From assembly GCA_016206665.1 (NCBI GenBank), contig JACQRC010000089.1, forward strand, positions 8,393-72,392: DNA of 64,000 nucleotides, given 5' to 3'. The notes beneath the pieces were generated by a model. It had not been told where the DNA came from. It saw nothing but the letters and a program-made list of their open reading frames with translations, and ran no database searches. A program made the position numbers and the translations under genes. Source of the stretch: Candidatus Omnitrophota bacterium (GTDB lineage: Bacteria; Omnitrophota; Gorgyraeia; Aquiviventales; JACQRC01). Below are positions 27,393 to 37,914 of the stretch, one piece after another; the first letter of the stretch is position 1; the number at the start of each line of letters is the position of its first letter.

Positions 27393-28598
27393 ATGACGCA
27401 GGTGCGGGAGTTCGTCGAAGAGCCACGGCCGTTCACGGAGGCGGATTATGTGCGGCTGCGTGAGCGGTATACGGCGCAGCTCCTATCCATTGATGGGGTG
27501 CGGGCCGTCTACGAGTACGGCAACACCCACTACCATCCTGGCATCTCCGACATCGACCTCATTGCCGTCACCGAGGAGCGGCTGAGCCGCCGCGCCGCGC
27601 GGGAACTCACCATCTATCCCCTCGACGATCCGGCGGCGGTGGTGATGCGGGGGTGGGCCAACCCATGTTCCGTGGAGCTGTTTCAGCAGCCACTGCTGGC
27701 CCCGTATTGGGAGGGATCGTTGCGGCATCGGGGTGGAGCCGTCATTGCGCAGACACCCTTGGCGCCTGAGGTCGCGGCCTATGCGCATCTCATTACCGTG
27801 GTGGACCGTTGCTATCAGGCCGTCATCGGATTGATGCAGCGTTTCGTCAGCCATCGTTGGTACGTGGTAGCTACGCTGAGTCATTTGCGGGCCATCTCGC
27901 ACAACGTCCAGGTGTACGAGCGCTTCACTGGGACACCCTTGTCCGGAGCATCGAAACTCGGCGAGGCCGTTGCCGATCTGCGCCGAACGTGGTTCACAAG
28001 CGGACCGCAGCGCTATCAACGGATGGTCACCCTGGTGTCCGAGGGGTTGCGTGTAGGGCAGCGGCTCAGTCACGGGCTCGAGCAGGTATTGACGGCCCGG
28101 GGCTGGACGCGACCCTGGATCCCGCCCGAGGTGACCTTGCGTACGGATGACGGCTGGACCATGGCCTTCGGCGGGCGCACCGCAGATTGGGCAGGGCTGG
28201 CACCGACCAGCCACGGCCACCGACCGGCGTTGCCGTTGCCGCCACTCGCGTTGCGACAGCTGTACTTTATCTATCGCCATGCGCCGGATCTGTTAGGGCC
28301 AAGCCTGGTCCGCCAGTTGCGCACCCATGCGGTTCACGACGCTGCCTGGGAGTTCCAGGGTCGGTATCGAGCGGTGCTCCTGGACTACCTGTCCTTGCAG
28401 CAACAGCGGCAGCAGTACCTGCGGCGTCATCGCTTGCCAGGAAGACCGTGTCCCGGTGCGTGGTGGCACCGGCTCGAGCGGCGCGCCGTCCCGACCGTCC
28501 AACGGGCGCAGCGCTGGCTGCAGGCGCGGTGGGCCGAGCGGTCCCGGTTCGTGAAGTGGCCGCGGCGTTCCGCGCCGCAGCCGGCGCTGCGGGGGTAG
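27393..28598 (+). CDS. Hypothetical protein with N-terminal nucleotidyltransferase-like motif
   Basis: VYEYGN....PGISDIDLIAV resembles the Pol-beta G-x-DxD motif. Confidence 0.6.
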   Translation: MTQVREFVEEPRPFTEADYVRLRERYTAQLLSIDGVRAVYEYGNTHYHPGISDIDLIAVTEERLSRRAARELTIYPLDDPAAVVMRGWANPCSVELFQQPLLAPYWEGSLRHRGGAVIAQTPLAPEVAAYAHLITVVDRCYQAVIGLMQRFVSHRWYVVATLSHLRAISHNVQVYERFTGTPLSGASKLGEAVADLRRTWFTSGPQRYQRMVTLVSEGLRVGQRLSHGLEQVLTARGWTRPWIPPEVTLRTDDGWTMAFGGRTADWAGLAPTSHGHRPALPLPPLALRQLYFIYRHAPDLLGPSLVRQLRTHAVHDAAWEFQGRYRAVLLDYLSLQQQRQQYLRRHRLPGRPCPGAWWHRLERRAVPTVQRAQRWLQARWAERSRFVKWPRRSAPQPALRG

Positions 28599-28604
28599 GA
28601 GCCG

Positions 28605-29561
28605 ATGACAGCCACACCGATGGTGAGTGTCGTCCTGCCAACGTACAACCGGACGCAGTGGCTGGGCGAGGCCATCGAGAGCGTCCTCGCCCAGACGCTG
28701 GCCGACTGGGAGCTGGTCATCGTGGACGACGGCTCGGCGCCGGCCACGGCTGATACGGTCCGACCCCATCTGTCGGATGCGCGCATCCATTATGTCTGGA
28801 AGCCGCACGCGGGGGTGGCGGCGGCGCGCAACGCCGGGCTACGACTCACCCGCGGCTCGTATGCGGCCTTTCTGGACGATGACGACTGTTTCTTGCCTGA
28901 CAAGCTGGCCCGGCAAGTGGCCTGGATGGAGGAGCATCGGGACGTCGGCCTGGTCTACAACCAGATCTACGTGGTGGATGAACCGATGAACCAGTCTCGC
29001 CTCCTGCCACGGCGGTCGGCCCGCACCTTCCTGGAGCTGTTTTGTGAGAACGCGATTCAAGTGGCCTCGGTCTTGGTGAGGCGCACCTGTCTCGAGGCCG
29101 TCGGCGGCTTTGACGAGTCGCTCATTGGGAGCGAGGACTACGACCTGTGGTTGCGCATCGCGCAGCGGTTCCCTATCGAGTACTTGCCACGGCCGCTGGC
29201 CATCTACCGCAAACATGGTCAGAACAAATCCAACAACTTAGTGCAGCAGCGGCTCAACGCTTTGGCGATCGTCGGCCGGTACCGCGTGCACCAGGTCCCG
29301 GGCCTCACCCGGGCGGTCAAGCGCCGCCGCCTGGCGACGATCCATTATCGGTTAGCCCGCACCTACCGGGCGCAGCGAGAGTATTGGCGCACGGCGCAGC
29401 ATTTCTGGCGCGCGGCTCGACTCGATCCGGCCATTGGCACCGTCATTGAGGGGACGTCCGTGCGCGGCAGGACCTGGCTCAAGCAATGGCTCAAACCGTA
29501 TGGCGGGATTGTCTATGGCGTGGCGCAATGGGTGCGTCACGGGGCAGGAGGTCGTCGATGA
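28605..29561 (+). CDS. Glycosyltransferase family 2
   Basis: VSVVLPTYNR, VDDGS, FLDDDD, EDYDLW. Confidence 0.92.
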   Translation: MTATPMVSVVLPTYNRTQWLGEAIESVLAQTLADWELVIVDDGSAPATADTVRPHLSDARIHYVWKPHAGVAAARNAGLRLTRGSYAAFLDDDDCFLPDKLARQVAWMEEHRDVGLVYNQIYVVDEPMNQSRLLPRRSARTFLELFCENAIQVASVLVRRTCLEAVGGFDESLIGSEDYDLWLRIAQRFPIEYLPRPLAIYRKHGQNKSNNLVQQRLNALAIVGRYRVHQVPGLTRAVKRRRLATIHYRLARTYRAQREYWRTAQHFWRAARLDPAIGTVIEGTSVRGRTWLKQWLKPYGGIVYGVAQWVRHGAGGRR

Positions 29562-30517
29562 GCGCTCGACAGCAACCCAACGTGACCGTTGTGGTGGTGC
29601 CCAGGGAACGGTTCAGTTTAACGCGCGCCTGCGTCGAACGACTGTATACGCACACGCCGGAGCCCTTCCAACTGTTGGTCGTAGACGCCAACGCACCGCG
29701 TCCCATCGCCCGCTGGCTCCGACAGTGGGAGGCGAGCCATGCGAACTGTCGGGTGATTCGGTCGGAGCGGTTCCTCTATCCCTACGAGGCGAAGAACCTG
29801 GTCCTGCCGCACCTGGCGACGCCGTGGGTCGCCTTTCTGGACAGCGATGTGTTGGTCGGGCCGCAGTGGCTGACCTGGTTACGGCGAGCCGCTGACGAGA
29901 CCGGAGCGCGGGTGGTGCATCCGCTCTATTTCGTCGAGCAGGAGGACGAGATCCGCATTCACATGACGGACGGCAAGTTCCGCGCGGTGCAGCGCAACGG
30001 CCAGTCGCTCGTGCATCCGGTCATGGGCCATGTGGCCCAGCGCGTTGAAGCAGCGCAGGGATTGCAGCGGCAGGACAGCGATTTTCTGGAGTTCCACGGT
30101 TTCTTCATCCACCAGGAGGTGCTCCGCCGGGTCGGCCCCTTTGAGCCCTTCACGCTGGGCGAGGATGTCAATTTCTCTTTCCGCCTGCGGGACCTCCGGG
30201 AGCGGATCGTCTTTGAGCCGCGCTCGGTCATCACCTATGTGGCGGGCCCACCGTTTGAGCGCGCCGATCTGCCCTATTTCCGATTTCGGTGGGACCTGGA
30301 ACAGGGGAAGGCCTCGGTCGAACGGTTACGCGAGCGTTGGCCGCTGCCTGAGGAATATTGCCGGGGCAAACTCTCCTGGGCGACCTATCACCACAGCCGC
30401 GCGGTGCCCTGGTTTAGTCTGGTCAAGCGCTGGCGGCGCTGGTTGGGGCAAGCGCAGTCAGCGTTGGTGGCCCAGCTGCGCCGGATGGTCCCGGTGCTTC
30501 GGTCGGCCGGCAGGTAA
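29558..30517 (+). CDS. Glycosyltransferase family 2-like
   Basis: VTVVVVPRERF, FLDSDV, EDVNFS. Confidence 0.8.
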   Translation: MSARQQPNVTVVVVPRERFSLTRACVERLYTHTPEPFQLLVVDANAPRPIARWLRQWEASHANCRVIRSERFLYPYEAKNLVLPHLATPWVAFLDSDVLVGPQWLTWLRRAADETGARVVHPLYFVEQEDEIRIHMTDGKFRAVQRNGQSLVHPVMGHVAQRVEAAQGLQRQDSDFLEFHGFFIHQEVLRRVGPFEPFTLGEDVNFSFRLRDLRERIVFEPRSVITYVAGPPFERADLPYFRFRWDLEQGKASVERLRERWPLPEEYCRGKLSWATYHHSRAVPWFSLVKRWRRWLGQAQSALVAQLRRMVPVLRSAGR

Positions 30518-30523
30518 GAGGAG

Positions 30524-31525
30524 ATGATGACGCAACTCACGCAGAGGCCATCACCGCTTGGCATGACGCCGAAGGTGAGCGTGGTCGTCCCGACCTACAA
30601 CCGCGCCCACCTGATCCCTGAGGCGTTGGAGAGCATCTGGGCGCAGACGTATCGGGATCTCGAGGTGATCGTCGTCGACGACGGCTCAACCGACGACACC
30701 CGCGAGATCCTGCGACCGTGGTGGCCGCGCCTGCGCTACATCTACCAGCCCAATCAGGGCTGTGCTGCGGCGCGCAACCGGGGCATCTCGCTGGCCCGCG
30801 GGACGTACGTGGCCTTCCTCGATTCGGATGACCGGTGGTTGCCGGACAAGCTCGCCCAACAGGTGGCGTGGCTGGAGGCGCACTCGAAGGCCGGGCTGGT
30901 CTACAGCCGGCTGTGGCGTTACGTGTTGGGCCGGGACGCGGAGCGCGAAATCTGCCCCCGGGAGCTGCCGGCGACGTTTCTGGACGTGCTGCGCGGCTCC
31001 GGCTTCATCCCCACCTCGACTGTCATGGTGCGGCGGCGGTGCTTGGAGGCGGTGGGTCTCTTCGACGTGTCGCTTCCCGTGGCGGAGGATTGGGACCTGT
31101 GGTTGCGCATCGCGAGGCGGTATCCGATCGCCGCGCTGCCTGCGGTGCTGGCCGAGCATCGCGAGCATGCGACCAACATCACGAAGGATCTGGCGAAGGT
31201 CTATGAGGGCTATTGGCGGTTCTACGCGAAGGCCGTCCGGCTCTACGCGACCGCCGCCGGCGCCGAGACCGCGCGGTTCCGTGACCGCGCCATTTCGTTC
31301 CGCTATCTGTTAGGGACGACGTATCTCAAGCGCGGCCAGATGCGCGAGGCGGTCAGGCAGATCGCCGGCGCCCTGCAGGCCCGGTGGTCGATCGGCACCT
31401 ATTTCGCCCGGCAACGGTCTTGGGTCACGACGCTGGCCTGTCTCCTGAAGCCGTACGGGGCCTTGACGGTGAGCCTCTTGGGTGCGCTGGGGTCATTGGT
31501 GATTCCCAGTTGGAGGTCCCGATGA
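30524..31525 (+). CDS. Glycosyltransferase family 2
   Basis: VSVVVPTYNR, VDDGSTD, FLDSDD, EDWDLW. Confidence 0.92.
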   Translation: MMTQLTQRPSPLGMTPKVSVVVPTYNRAHLIPEALESIWAQTYRDLEVIVVDDGSTDDTREILRPWWPRLRYIYQPNQGCAAARNRGISLARGTYVAFLDSDDRWLPDKLAQQVAWLEAHSKAGLVYSRLWRYVLGRDAEREICPRELPATFLDVLRGSGFIPTSTVMVRRRCLEAVGLFDVSLPVAEDWDLWLRIARRYPIAALPAVLAEHREHATNITKDLAKVYEGYWRFYAKAVRLYATAAGAETARFRDRAISFRYLLGTTYLKRGQMREAVRQIAGALQARWSIGTYFARQRSWVTTLACLLKPYGALTVSLLGALGSLVIPSWRSR

Positions 31526-32721
31526 TTCCCGTGCGTGTCCTCATCGCGGAATCCGGCAGCGGCTACGGCGGCAGCGCGCGCTACCTCGCCGACCTGGTGC
31601 AGCGGCTGGATCGTCGGCGGTTCGCCATCCGCGTCGTGGCGGCGGGCGAGGGCCCGTTCATTCGCCGCATCCAGGCGCAGGGGATTCCGGTGACGCTCAA
31701 GCCCCAGTGGCGATTCGTGGGATCGATGGAGGCTGCGGCCTCGTTGGTCCGGCGCAGCCTAGCGTGGTGGAACACTGCGATCGGCGGGGCGGCGCAGCTC
31801 GCACTCCTCGTGCCGGCGATCGCGGTATGGCTGCAGCGCCGCCGCATCCAGGTCGTGCATCTCAATAACGAACTGTGGTCGCATCTGCCGTTGCTGCTGG
31901 CCGCCCGCTGGGCGGGCTGCCGCACCCTCTGCCACCTCCACGGCTGGCGTCCCCTCACGCGGGCCGAGCGTTGGGCCAGCCGGTATGTGGACCAGTTCAT
32001 CGCCGTGACGCACGCCGGCGCCAGGTTTTACCGCGGGCAGCTCGGCGGTCGGGAGGTGGCGGCCATTCCGAATGGCCTCGTCCTCAACGGCGCCCGGCAC
32101 CGCGACGATGCGGACCGCGCCCGGTTGCGCGCCGCGCTCGGCGTGGAGGAAGAGGCGGTGCTCGTTGCTGCCATCGGCAGGCTCATTCCGCTCAAAGGCT
32201 GGCCGGTCTTCCTGCAGGCCCTGGCGAAGGCCCGACAACGGCAGCCGCAGCTCCGCGGCGTGGTCGTGGGCCACGACCCCTCCGCCGACCGGTCGTATGA
32301 CCGTCACCTGCAGCGCTTGGCTGCGGAACTGGGCCTCGCGTCGCACGTGTGCTTTCTGCCGTGGCAGGACGAGGTCGCGCCGATCTATGCGGCCAGCGAT
32401 CTGGTGGTCCAACCGTCGGTGCGGCCGGAGGCTTTCGGCTTCGTGACCCTTGAAGCCATGGCGGCGGGCAAACCCGTCGTGGCGAGTCGGCTGGGCGGCC
32501 TGGTCGACCTGGTGGCCGACCAGGAGACGGGACTGCTCGTGGCGCCGGGTGACGTGGCCGAGCTGGCCGGCGCGCTGGGCCTGCTCGCCGGGGACCGGAC
32601 GCTGATGGCGACGCTGGGCCACAACGCCCAGCGCCGGGCGCGGGACGTCTTTACCATGGAGCAGAACGTGACCGCCGTCACCGCGCTCTACGAACGGCTC
32701 GCGCCACAGGATGCGCCATGA
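31522..32721 (+). CDS. Glycosyltransferase family 4
   Basis: GRLIPLKG, EAFGFVTLEAMAAGKPVV. Confidence 0.92.
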   Translation: MIPVRVLIAESGSGYGGSARYLADLVQRLDRRRFAIRVVAAGEGPFIRRIQAQGIPVTLKPQWRFVGSMEAAASLVRRSLAWWNTAIGGAAQLALLVPAIAVWLQRRRIQVVHLNNELWSHLPLLLAARWAGCRTLCHLHGWRPLTRAERWASRYVDQFIAVTHAGARFYRGQLGGREVAAIPNGLVLNGARHRDDADRARLRAALGVEEEAVLVAAIGRLIPLKGWPVFLQALAKARQRQPQLRGVVVGHDPSADRSYDRHLQRLAAELGLASHVCFLPWQDEVAPIYAASDLVVQPSVRPEAFGFVTLEAMAAGKPVVASRLGGLVDLVADQETGLLVAPGDVAELAGALGLLAGDRTLMATLGHNAQRRARDVFTMEQNVTAVTALYERLAPQDAP

Positions 32722-34160
32722 CGCCAACCCAGGGACCGGCCCTCGCGACAGGGATCGACCGGCGGATTTGGTGGATGATCATGGCGATCGGCCTCTTCGC
32801 CGTGCTGATCATGAGAGAGGTCGCCCTGCCGTCCTCGGTGATGGCCGTGTTCGGCGGACTCGCCCTCCTGGGCCTCTTCATGGTCGGTGTACAGCAGCCG
32901 GAACTGCCCTTGTACGCGCTCATCGCGTATTTGCCGTTCAGCCGAATCCTCGTGGGCGACTTCGGCACGTACGCGACCGCCTTCAATCTCACCAACATCT
33001 TGATCCTCTGGACGCTGGTGGCCCACGCCTTCCGGCAGGCCGGACGCGGGCAGCCGCTGTTTCAGGGCACGCCGCTCAATCGCGTCATCCTGCTCTTTTC
33101 GGCGTTGGGAACGATCTCTTTGCTCATTGCCGGCTGGAGCTACGGCTCCTGGTACGCCTGGGAGTATCTGATTCCCTTGAAGCGATGGCTCACACCGATG
33201 TTCCTCTACTTCTTGACGCTCTGGGTGGTGCGCGATGTCCGCGCCATCAAGACGGTTGCGGCCCTCATCATGGTGGTGGTCACCGTCGTTGCCCTCATGG
33301 CCATCCGGGATTACGCGTCCGTGGCCAACAGCAGCTTCGAAGATTCCCGTGTGGGCGGCATCGCGGAGCACTCCAACACCCTCGGGGCCTTCTTCGTCTA
33401 CTACATGTTCCTCCTGCTCGGCTTCTTCCTGGCCTATCCGTCCAAACTCAAGGCCTGGTGGCTGCTCATTCCCTTCGCCCTCTGTTTCCGCGGGATCATG
33501 GTGACCTTTTCTCGCGGCGCCTACCTCGCCTGTGCGGTAGGGGCCCTGGCTGCCTGCTGGTTCCGCAGCAAGATCCTGTTCGTGGTCGCCGTGGCGGTTG
33601 GGCTGTTCGCCTTGGCCAATCCGGTGGTCTTGCCCGCCGGGATCCGGTACCGGCTGGGGCAGACTGTGCAGGGCGGCGAGTACGCCCTGCAACAGGACGA
33701 TCTCGCGCAGAACCTGGAGTCGAGCGCCGCCTCGCGGATCGTCATCTGGCGGGGGGCGTGGCAGATGATTCGGGAGCATCCCTGGCGGGGGGTGGGCTAC
33801 GGGGCTTTTCCCCGCTTCATCCCGCACTACACCGTGGGCCGTATCGGTGAGATGGACGCTCACAACAGCTATCTCTTGATCGCGGCCGAGATGGGCCTCC
33901 CGACGCTGGCGGTGTTCCTCCTCGTCCTCGTCATGGTCTGGCACTACACCTGCTGGTTGTATCGCCATGCCCAGGACCCGGCGCTGCGCGCGATCGCCCT
34001 GGGATTCCTCGCCGGCTTGGCGGGATTGGTGGTGGCGAACCTCTTTGGCTCACGGATGGATGCGCAGGAGGTCACCGGCTATTTCTGGGTGCTCTGCGGG
34101 CTCGTCATGCGTGGCGTGCTGATGGAACGGCAGGCCAGGCGGGAGGCGAGACGCGCATGA
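32718..34160 (+). CDS. O-antigen ligase/Wzy-like polymerase
   Basis: Multi-TM; TFSRGAYL, HPWRGVGYG, AHNSYLLIAAEMG. Confidence 0.88.
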   Translation: MTPTQGPALATGIDRRIWWMIMAIGLFAVLIMREVALPSSVMAVFGGLALLGLFMVGVQQPELPLYALIAYLPFSRILVGDFGTYATAFNLTNILILWTLVAHAFRQAGRGQPLFQGTPLNRVILLFSALGTISLLIAGWSYGSWYAWEYLIPLKRWLTPMFLYFLTLWVVRDVRAIKTVAALIMVVVTVVALMAIRDYASVANSSFEDSRVGGIAEHSNTLGAFFVYYMFLLLGFFLAYPSKLKAWWLLIPFALCFRGIMVTFSRGAYLACAVGALAACWFRSKILFVVAVAVGLFALANPVVLPAGIRYRLGQTVQGGEYALQQDDLAQNLESSAASRIVIWRGAWQMIREHPWRGVGYGAFPRFIPHYTVGRIGEMDAHNSYLLIAAEMGLPTLAVFLLVLVMVWHYTCWLYRHAQDPALRAIALGFLAGLAGLVVANLFGSRMDAQEVTGYFWVLCGLVMRGVLMERQARREARRA

Positions 34161-36514
34161 CCCCTGCGCCCCAGGCCACCCCGGCGGTCCTTGGAGTCGT
34201 GGTGTCGCAGTTTCCCGAGCTCCATGAGACCTTCATCACCCGCGAACTGGCGGCGCTGCGCGACGCGGGAGTGGTCCTCCGGATCTATTCCCTCAAGCGC
34301 TGCCGTGACCGCTTCATCCACGCGGAGGCCCAAACGCTTCTCTCGTGCACCGTCTATCTCCCGTGGGACCAGGTCCGGGTGTGGTGGCGCGCCGCGGTGG
34401 AGCTCGCGCGGCATCCCTGGCAGGCCGCGACCACCCTCGGCTGGACGCTCAGACATCACGCCTGGCCACCGAGGACGGTCGCCAAGGCCCTCGTCGTCTG
34501 GGTCCAGGCCATGGCGCTGGCGCGCCAGATGCGCCGCGACGGGGTGGCGCGTCTGCACGCCCACTGGGCGACGATGCCGGCGACCGCCGCCGCGATTGCG
34601 GCGCGGTGGCTGAGGCTGAGCTGGAGTTTCACCGCCCATGCGTGGGACCTCTTCGTGCCGAATCCATCGCTGGCTGCCAAGGTGCGGCTGGCGGACCGGG
34701 TCTTGACGTGCACCGCGTACAACCGCGCCCATCTCGCGCGGATCTGCCCGGACGCGCAGGACAAGATGCTCCTGAACTATCACGGCGTGGATCTCGCGCG
34801 CTTCACACGCGCACCCGCGGCAGCGTCGGCCGGCGCGCCCCTGCTGCTGTCCATCGGCCGTCTCGTCGAGACGAAGGGGTTTGACACGCTCTTGGAGGCG
34901 TACCATCGGCTGCGCCGGCGTGGCGTAGCGTTCCGCGCGGTCATCATCGGCGAAGGGCCTGGGCACCGGCGCCTGCAGCGGCAGATCGAGGCGTTCGGCC
35001 TCGCGGACAGCGTCGAGCTGCGGCCCGTCGCGGGTCAGGAAGCGCTGCGTCAATGGTACGCCGACGCCTTCGCCTTCGTCCTGCCCTGCGCGGTCGCGCG
35101 CAATGGCGACCGCGATGGGATTCCCAATGTCATCCTCGAGGCGATGGCGATGGGCAAGCCCGTCATCTCGACGACCATCTCGGGTGTGCCGGAAGCCGTC
35201 CAAGACCAGCACACGGGGCTCCTGGTGCCGCCCGCCCGGCCGGACCTGTTGGCCGATGTGCTGGCGTGGCTGCTCGAGCGGCCGCAACTTGCGCAGGTCA
35301 TGGGACAGGAGGGGCGGCGGTGGGTCGAGCGGCACTTCGATGATCGCATCCATGCGCAGCGCCTGGTCACGCACATGAAGGCGTTGTGCGAGCCACGCCC
35401 CCGGAAGGTCATGTACCTCATCTGGTCGCTCGAGGTGGGCGGGGCGGAGCGGGTGGTGGTCTCTCTGGCTCAAGGTTTGGATCGGCGTCGGTTTACCCCG
35501 TTAGTGGTCTGCCTGAATCAGGCGGGTCGGCTCGCGGAGCTCCTCCGGCGGCAGGGCGTCGAGGTGGTGGCGCTCCATAAGCGACCGGGGATCGATCTGG
35601 TCCTGCTCTGGCGGCTGACGCGACTGATGCGCCGCACCCGCCCCGCCATCGTGCACACCCACCTGTGGGGGGCGAACTTCTGGGGACGATGGGCGGCGCG
35701 GCTCGCGGCCGTCCCCATCATCATCGCGCACGAACACGGGATGCAGCCCTGGCGGGGTCGCCTGCACTTCCGGCTGGACCGGTGGCTTGCCGGCGTGACG
35801 CGCCGGGTGCTGTTCGTCTCCCGCGAAGTGCTGGCCGGCTATGTCGAGCGCATCGGCATCGCTCCGGCGCGCTGCACACTGGTCCCGAATGGTGTGGCCT
35901 GTGAGGGGCTGCCCGACGATCGGGCGCGGCTCCGGCAACAATTGGGGTGGGGGGCCGACGACCGCGTGATTATCAACGTGGGCCGCCTGTCACCCGAGAA
36001 GGGCCACGCGGACCTGTTGGAGGCCTTCGCCATGATCGTGCAGCACGTCCGGCGGGCCCGCCTCATCCTGGTGGGTGATGGCCCGCAGCGTCCTGCCCTG
36101 GAGCGGTTGCAGGAGCGCCTGCACCTGAATGGTGAAGTCACGTATGCGCGGACCCAGGAGGACGTCACGCGGTGGCTGGCGGCGGCGGATGTCTATGTCC
36201 AGCCGTCGCGGCGTGAGGGATTGCCGCTGGCGGTGTTAGAGGCGATGGCGACGGGACTGCCCGTCATCGCGACGCGCGTGGGCGACGTCGAGCGGCTGAT
36301 CACCGACGGCCACGACGGGTATCTCGTGCCGGCGGGGGATCCGTATGTGCTGGCGACCAAACTGTTGGCGGTCCTTCGCGAGCCCGACGGCCACCGCGCC
36401 ATGGCGGCGCAGGCCCAGCGGCTGGTGCGGTCCCGGTATTCGAGCGACCACATGCTGCGGGCCGTCGTGGCCATCTATGAGGAGGAACTGGCGCGATGGG
36501 GTGGGCCGCGGTGA
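34157..36514 (+). CDS. Tandem two-domain GT4 glycosyltransferase
   Basis: Two complete GT-B units, with DGIPNVILEAMA and EGLPLAVLEAMA. Confidence 0.9.
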   Translation: MTPAPQATPAVLGVVVSQFPELHETFITRELAALRDAGVVLRIYSLKRCRDRFIHAEAQTLLSCTVYLPWDQVRVWWRAAVELARHPWQAATTLGWTLRHHAWPPRTVAKALVVWVQAMALARQMRRDGVARLHAHWATMPATAAAIAARWLRLSWSFTAHAWDLFVPNPSLAAKVRLADRVLTCTAYNRAHLARICPDAQDKMLLNYHGVDLARFTRAPAAASAGAPLLLSIGRLVETKGFDTLLEAYHRLRRRGVAFRAVIIGEGPGHRRLQRQIEAFGLADSVELRPVAGQEALRQWYADAFAFVLPCAVARNGDRDGIPNVILEAMAMGKPVISTTISGVPEAVQDQHTGLLVPPARPDLLADVLAWLLERPQLAQVMGQEGRRWVERHFDDRIHAQRLVTHMKALCEPRPRKVMYLIWSLEVGGAERVVVSLAQGLDRRRFTPLVVCLNQAGRLAELLRRQGVEVVALHKRPGIDLVLLWRLTRLMRRTRPAIVHTHLWGANFWGRWAARLAAVPIIIAHEHGMQPWRGRLHFRLDRWLAGVTRRVLFVSREVLAGYVERIGIAPARCTLVPNGVACEGLPDDRARLRQQLGWGADDRVIINVGRLSPEKGHADLLEAFAMIVQHVRRARLILVGDGPQRPALERLQERLHLNGEVTYARTQEDVTRWLAAADVYVQPSRREGLPLAVLEAMATGLPVIATRVGDVERLITDGHDGYLVPAGDPYVLATKLLAVLREPDGHRAMAAQAQRLVRSRYSSDHMLRAVVAIYEEELARWGGPR

Positions 36515-37914
36515 GCCGTTTAGCGCAACGTCGGCGTCTCGCCATCGTCATCGCCGTGGTCGTGGTGGCCGCGACGGCCGCCTGGGCCGACGCGCGCTAT
36601 CCCTGGGTGTGGGCGTATCTCGGCGACCAACTGCAGCCGCGGGCCACCGCCACGCCGGCCGGTCCGATCCATGTGATGTTTACGTTCGCCGATCACTTTG
36701 AACCGCATGAGCAGGCGACGATGGACCGGTGGCTTCAGGACTACCCCACCGTCGCCCGCCGCCACCGGGACGCGGACGGCCGCCATCCGCAGCATACCTG
36801 GTTCTGGTACTTCGGCCACTCGGATGAGGCGGAGTCCCGGCGGTTTCTGCGGTCGCTGGCGCAGTTGACCTACGCAGGCTTCGGCGAGGTGGAGCTGCAT
36901 CTGCATCATCGGGGGGACAACGAGCAAACCTTCCTCGACAAAATGGCCCGCATGCTCCGGCTCTCGCAGGAGGCCGGGGCGATGATCACGGCAGAGCCAC
37001 GCCCACGCACCGCCTTCGGATTCATCCACGGATTGTGGGCGCTGGACAATTCGCGCCATGGCGAGGCGTGCGGCGTCAACAACGAGCTCATCCTCCTCAA
37101 GCGGTTGGGCTGTTATGCGGACTTCACCCACCCCTCGTGGGGTCCCATGCATCCGCGGATGGTCAACCGGCTGTACTACGCGACCGACGATCCGCAGCGC
37201 CCCAAGTCCTATGACACCGGCACCGTGCTGCGGGTCGGCAAACCTGCGGCCGGGGACCTGCTCATCTTTGAAGGCCCCAGCGTCGTGCGGTGGCAAGGGT
37301 GGCGGCCGGTCTATGACCATGGCGATGTGACCATGGTGGACCTGGCCACGCCCGAGCGCATCGATGCGTGGATCCGAACCGGCATCCACGTCCCGGGCCG
37401 GCCGGCGTGGCTCTTCGTCAAAGTCTTCACGCATGGCGCCGTGGCGCGCGACCACGACGCGGTGTTGGGGGCATGGGCCGACCGGCTCTTTGCCTACCTG
37501 GAGGAGCATTACAACGACGGCCGGCGCTATGTCCTACATTACGTCACTGCGCGGGAAGCCTACAACATTGCCAAGGCCGCCGAAGCGGGGCAGACCGGCG
37601 ATCCGAACGGCTATCGTGATTTTCTGGTGCCGCCCTATGTCAACCGCTTCCTGACGGCCTCGGTGCCTTACGAGGTGCTGGCGATGGATGGGACGACGAC
37701 CGTGGTGAAATTTCTGGCCGCTTCGGACCAACCGGTTCAGGTGCAGCTGCATGCCGACCGGGTGGCCGTGACGGGCGGGGCGGTCGTTACCGCCGCCGAG
37801 CGCTCCGCCGCACGCGGCGGGACGGCCCTCACGCTGACGCTGCAGGGCGAGGGCATCGTGACCTTCAGCGCCGAACCGCGCTCCATCGCGAGCGGGGAGG
37901 CGCCCCATGGCTGA
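36496..37914 (+). CDS. Exported hypothetical protein, deacetylase/hydrolase-like metal-binding motifs
   Basis: N-terminal anchor; FADHFEP, EVELHLHH, FIHGLWALDNS, VKVFTHG, HYVTARE. Confidence 0.7.
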   Translation: MGWAAVSRLAQRRRLAIVIAVVVVAATAAWADARYPWVWAYLGDQLQPRATATPAGPIHVMFTFADHFEPHEQATMDRWLQDYPTVARRHRDADGRHPQHTWFWYFGHSDEAESRRFLRSLAQLTYAGFGEVELHLHHRGDNEQTFLDKMARMLRLSQEAGAMITAEPRPRTAFGFIHGLWALDNSRHGEACGVNNELILLKRLGCYADFTHPSWGPMHPRMVNRLYYATDDPQRPKSYDTGTVLRVGKPAAGDLLIFEGPSVVRWQGWRPVYDHGDVTMVDLATPERIDAWIRTGIHVPGRPAWLFVKVFTHGAVARDHDAVLGAWADRLFAYLEEHYNDGRRYVLHYVTAREAYNIAKAAEAGQTGDPNGYRDFLVPPYVNRFLTASVPYEVLAMDGTTTVVKFLAASDQPVQVQLHADRVAVTGGAVVTAAERSAARGGTALTLTLQGEGIVTFSAEPRSIASGEAPHG

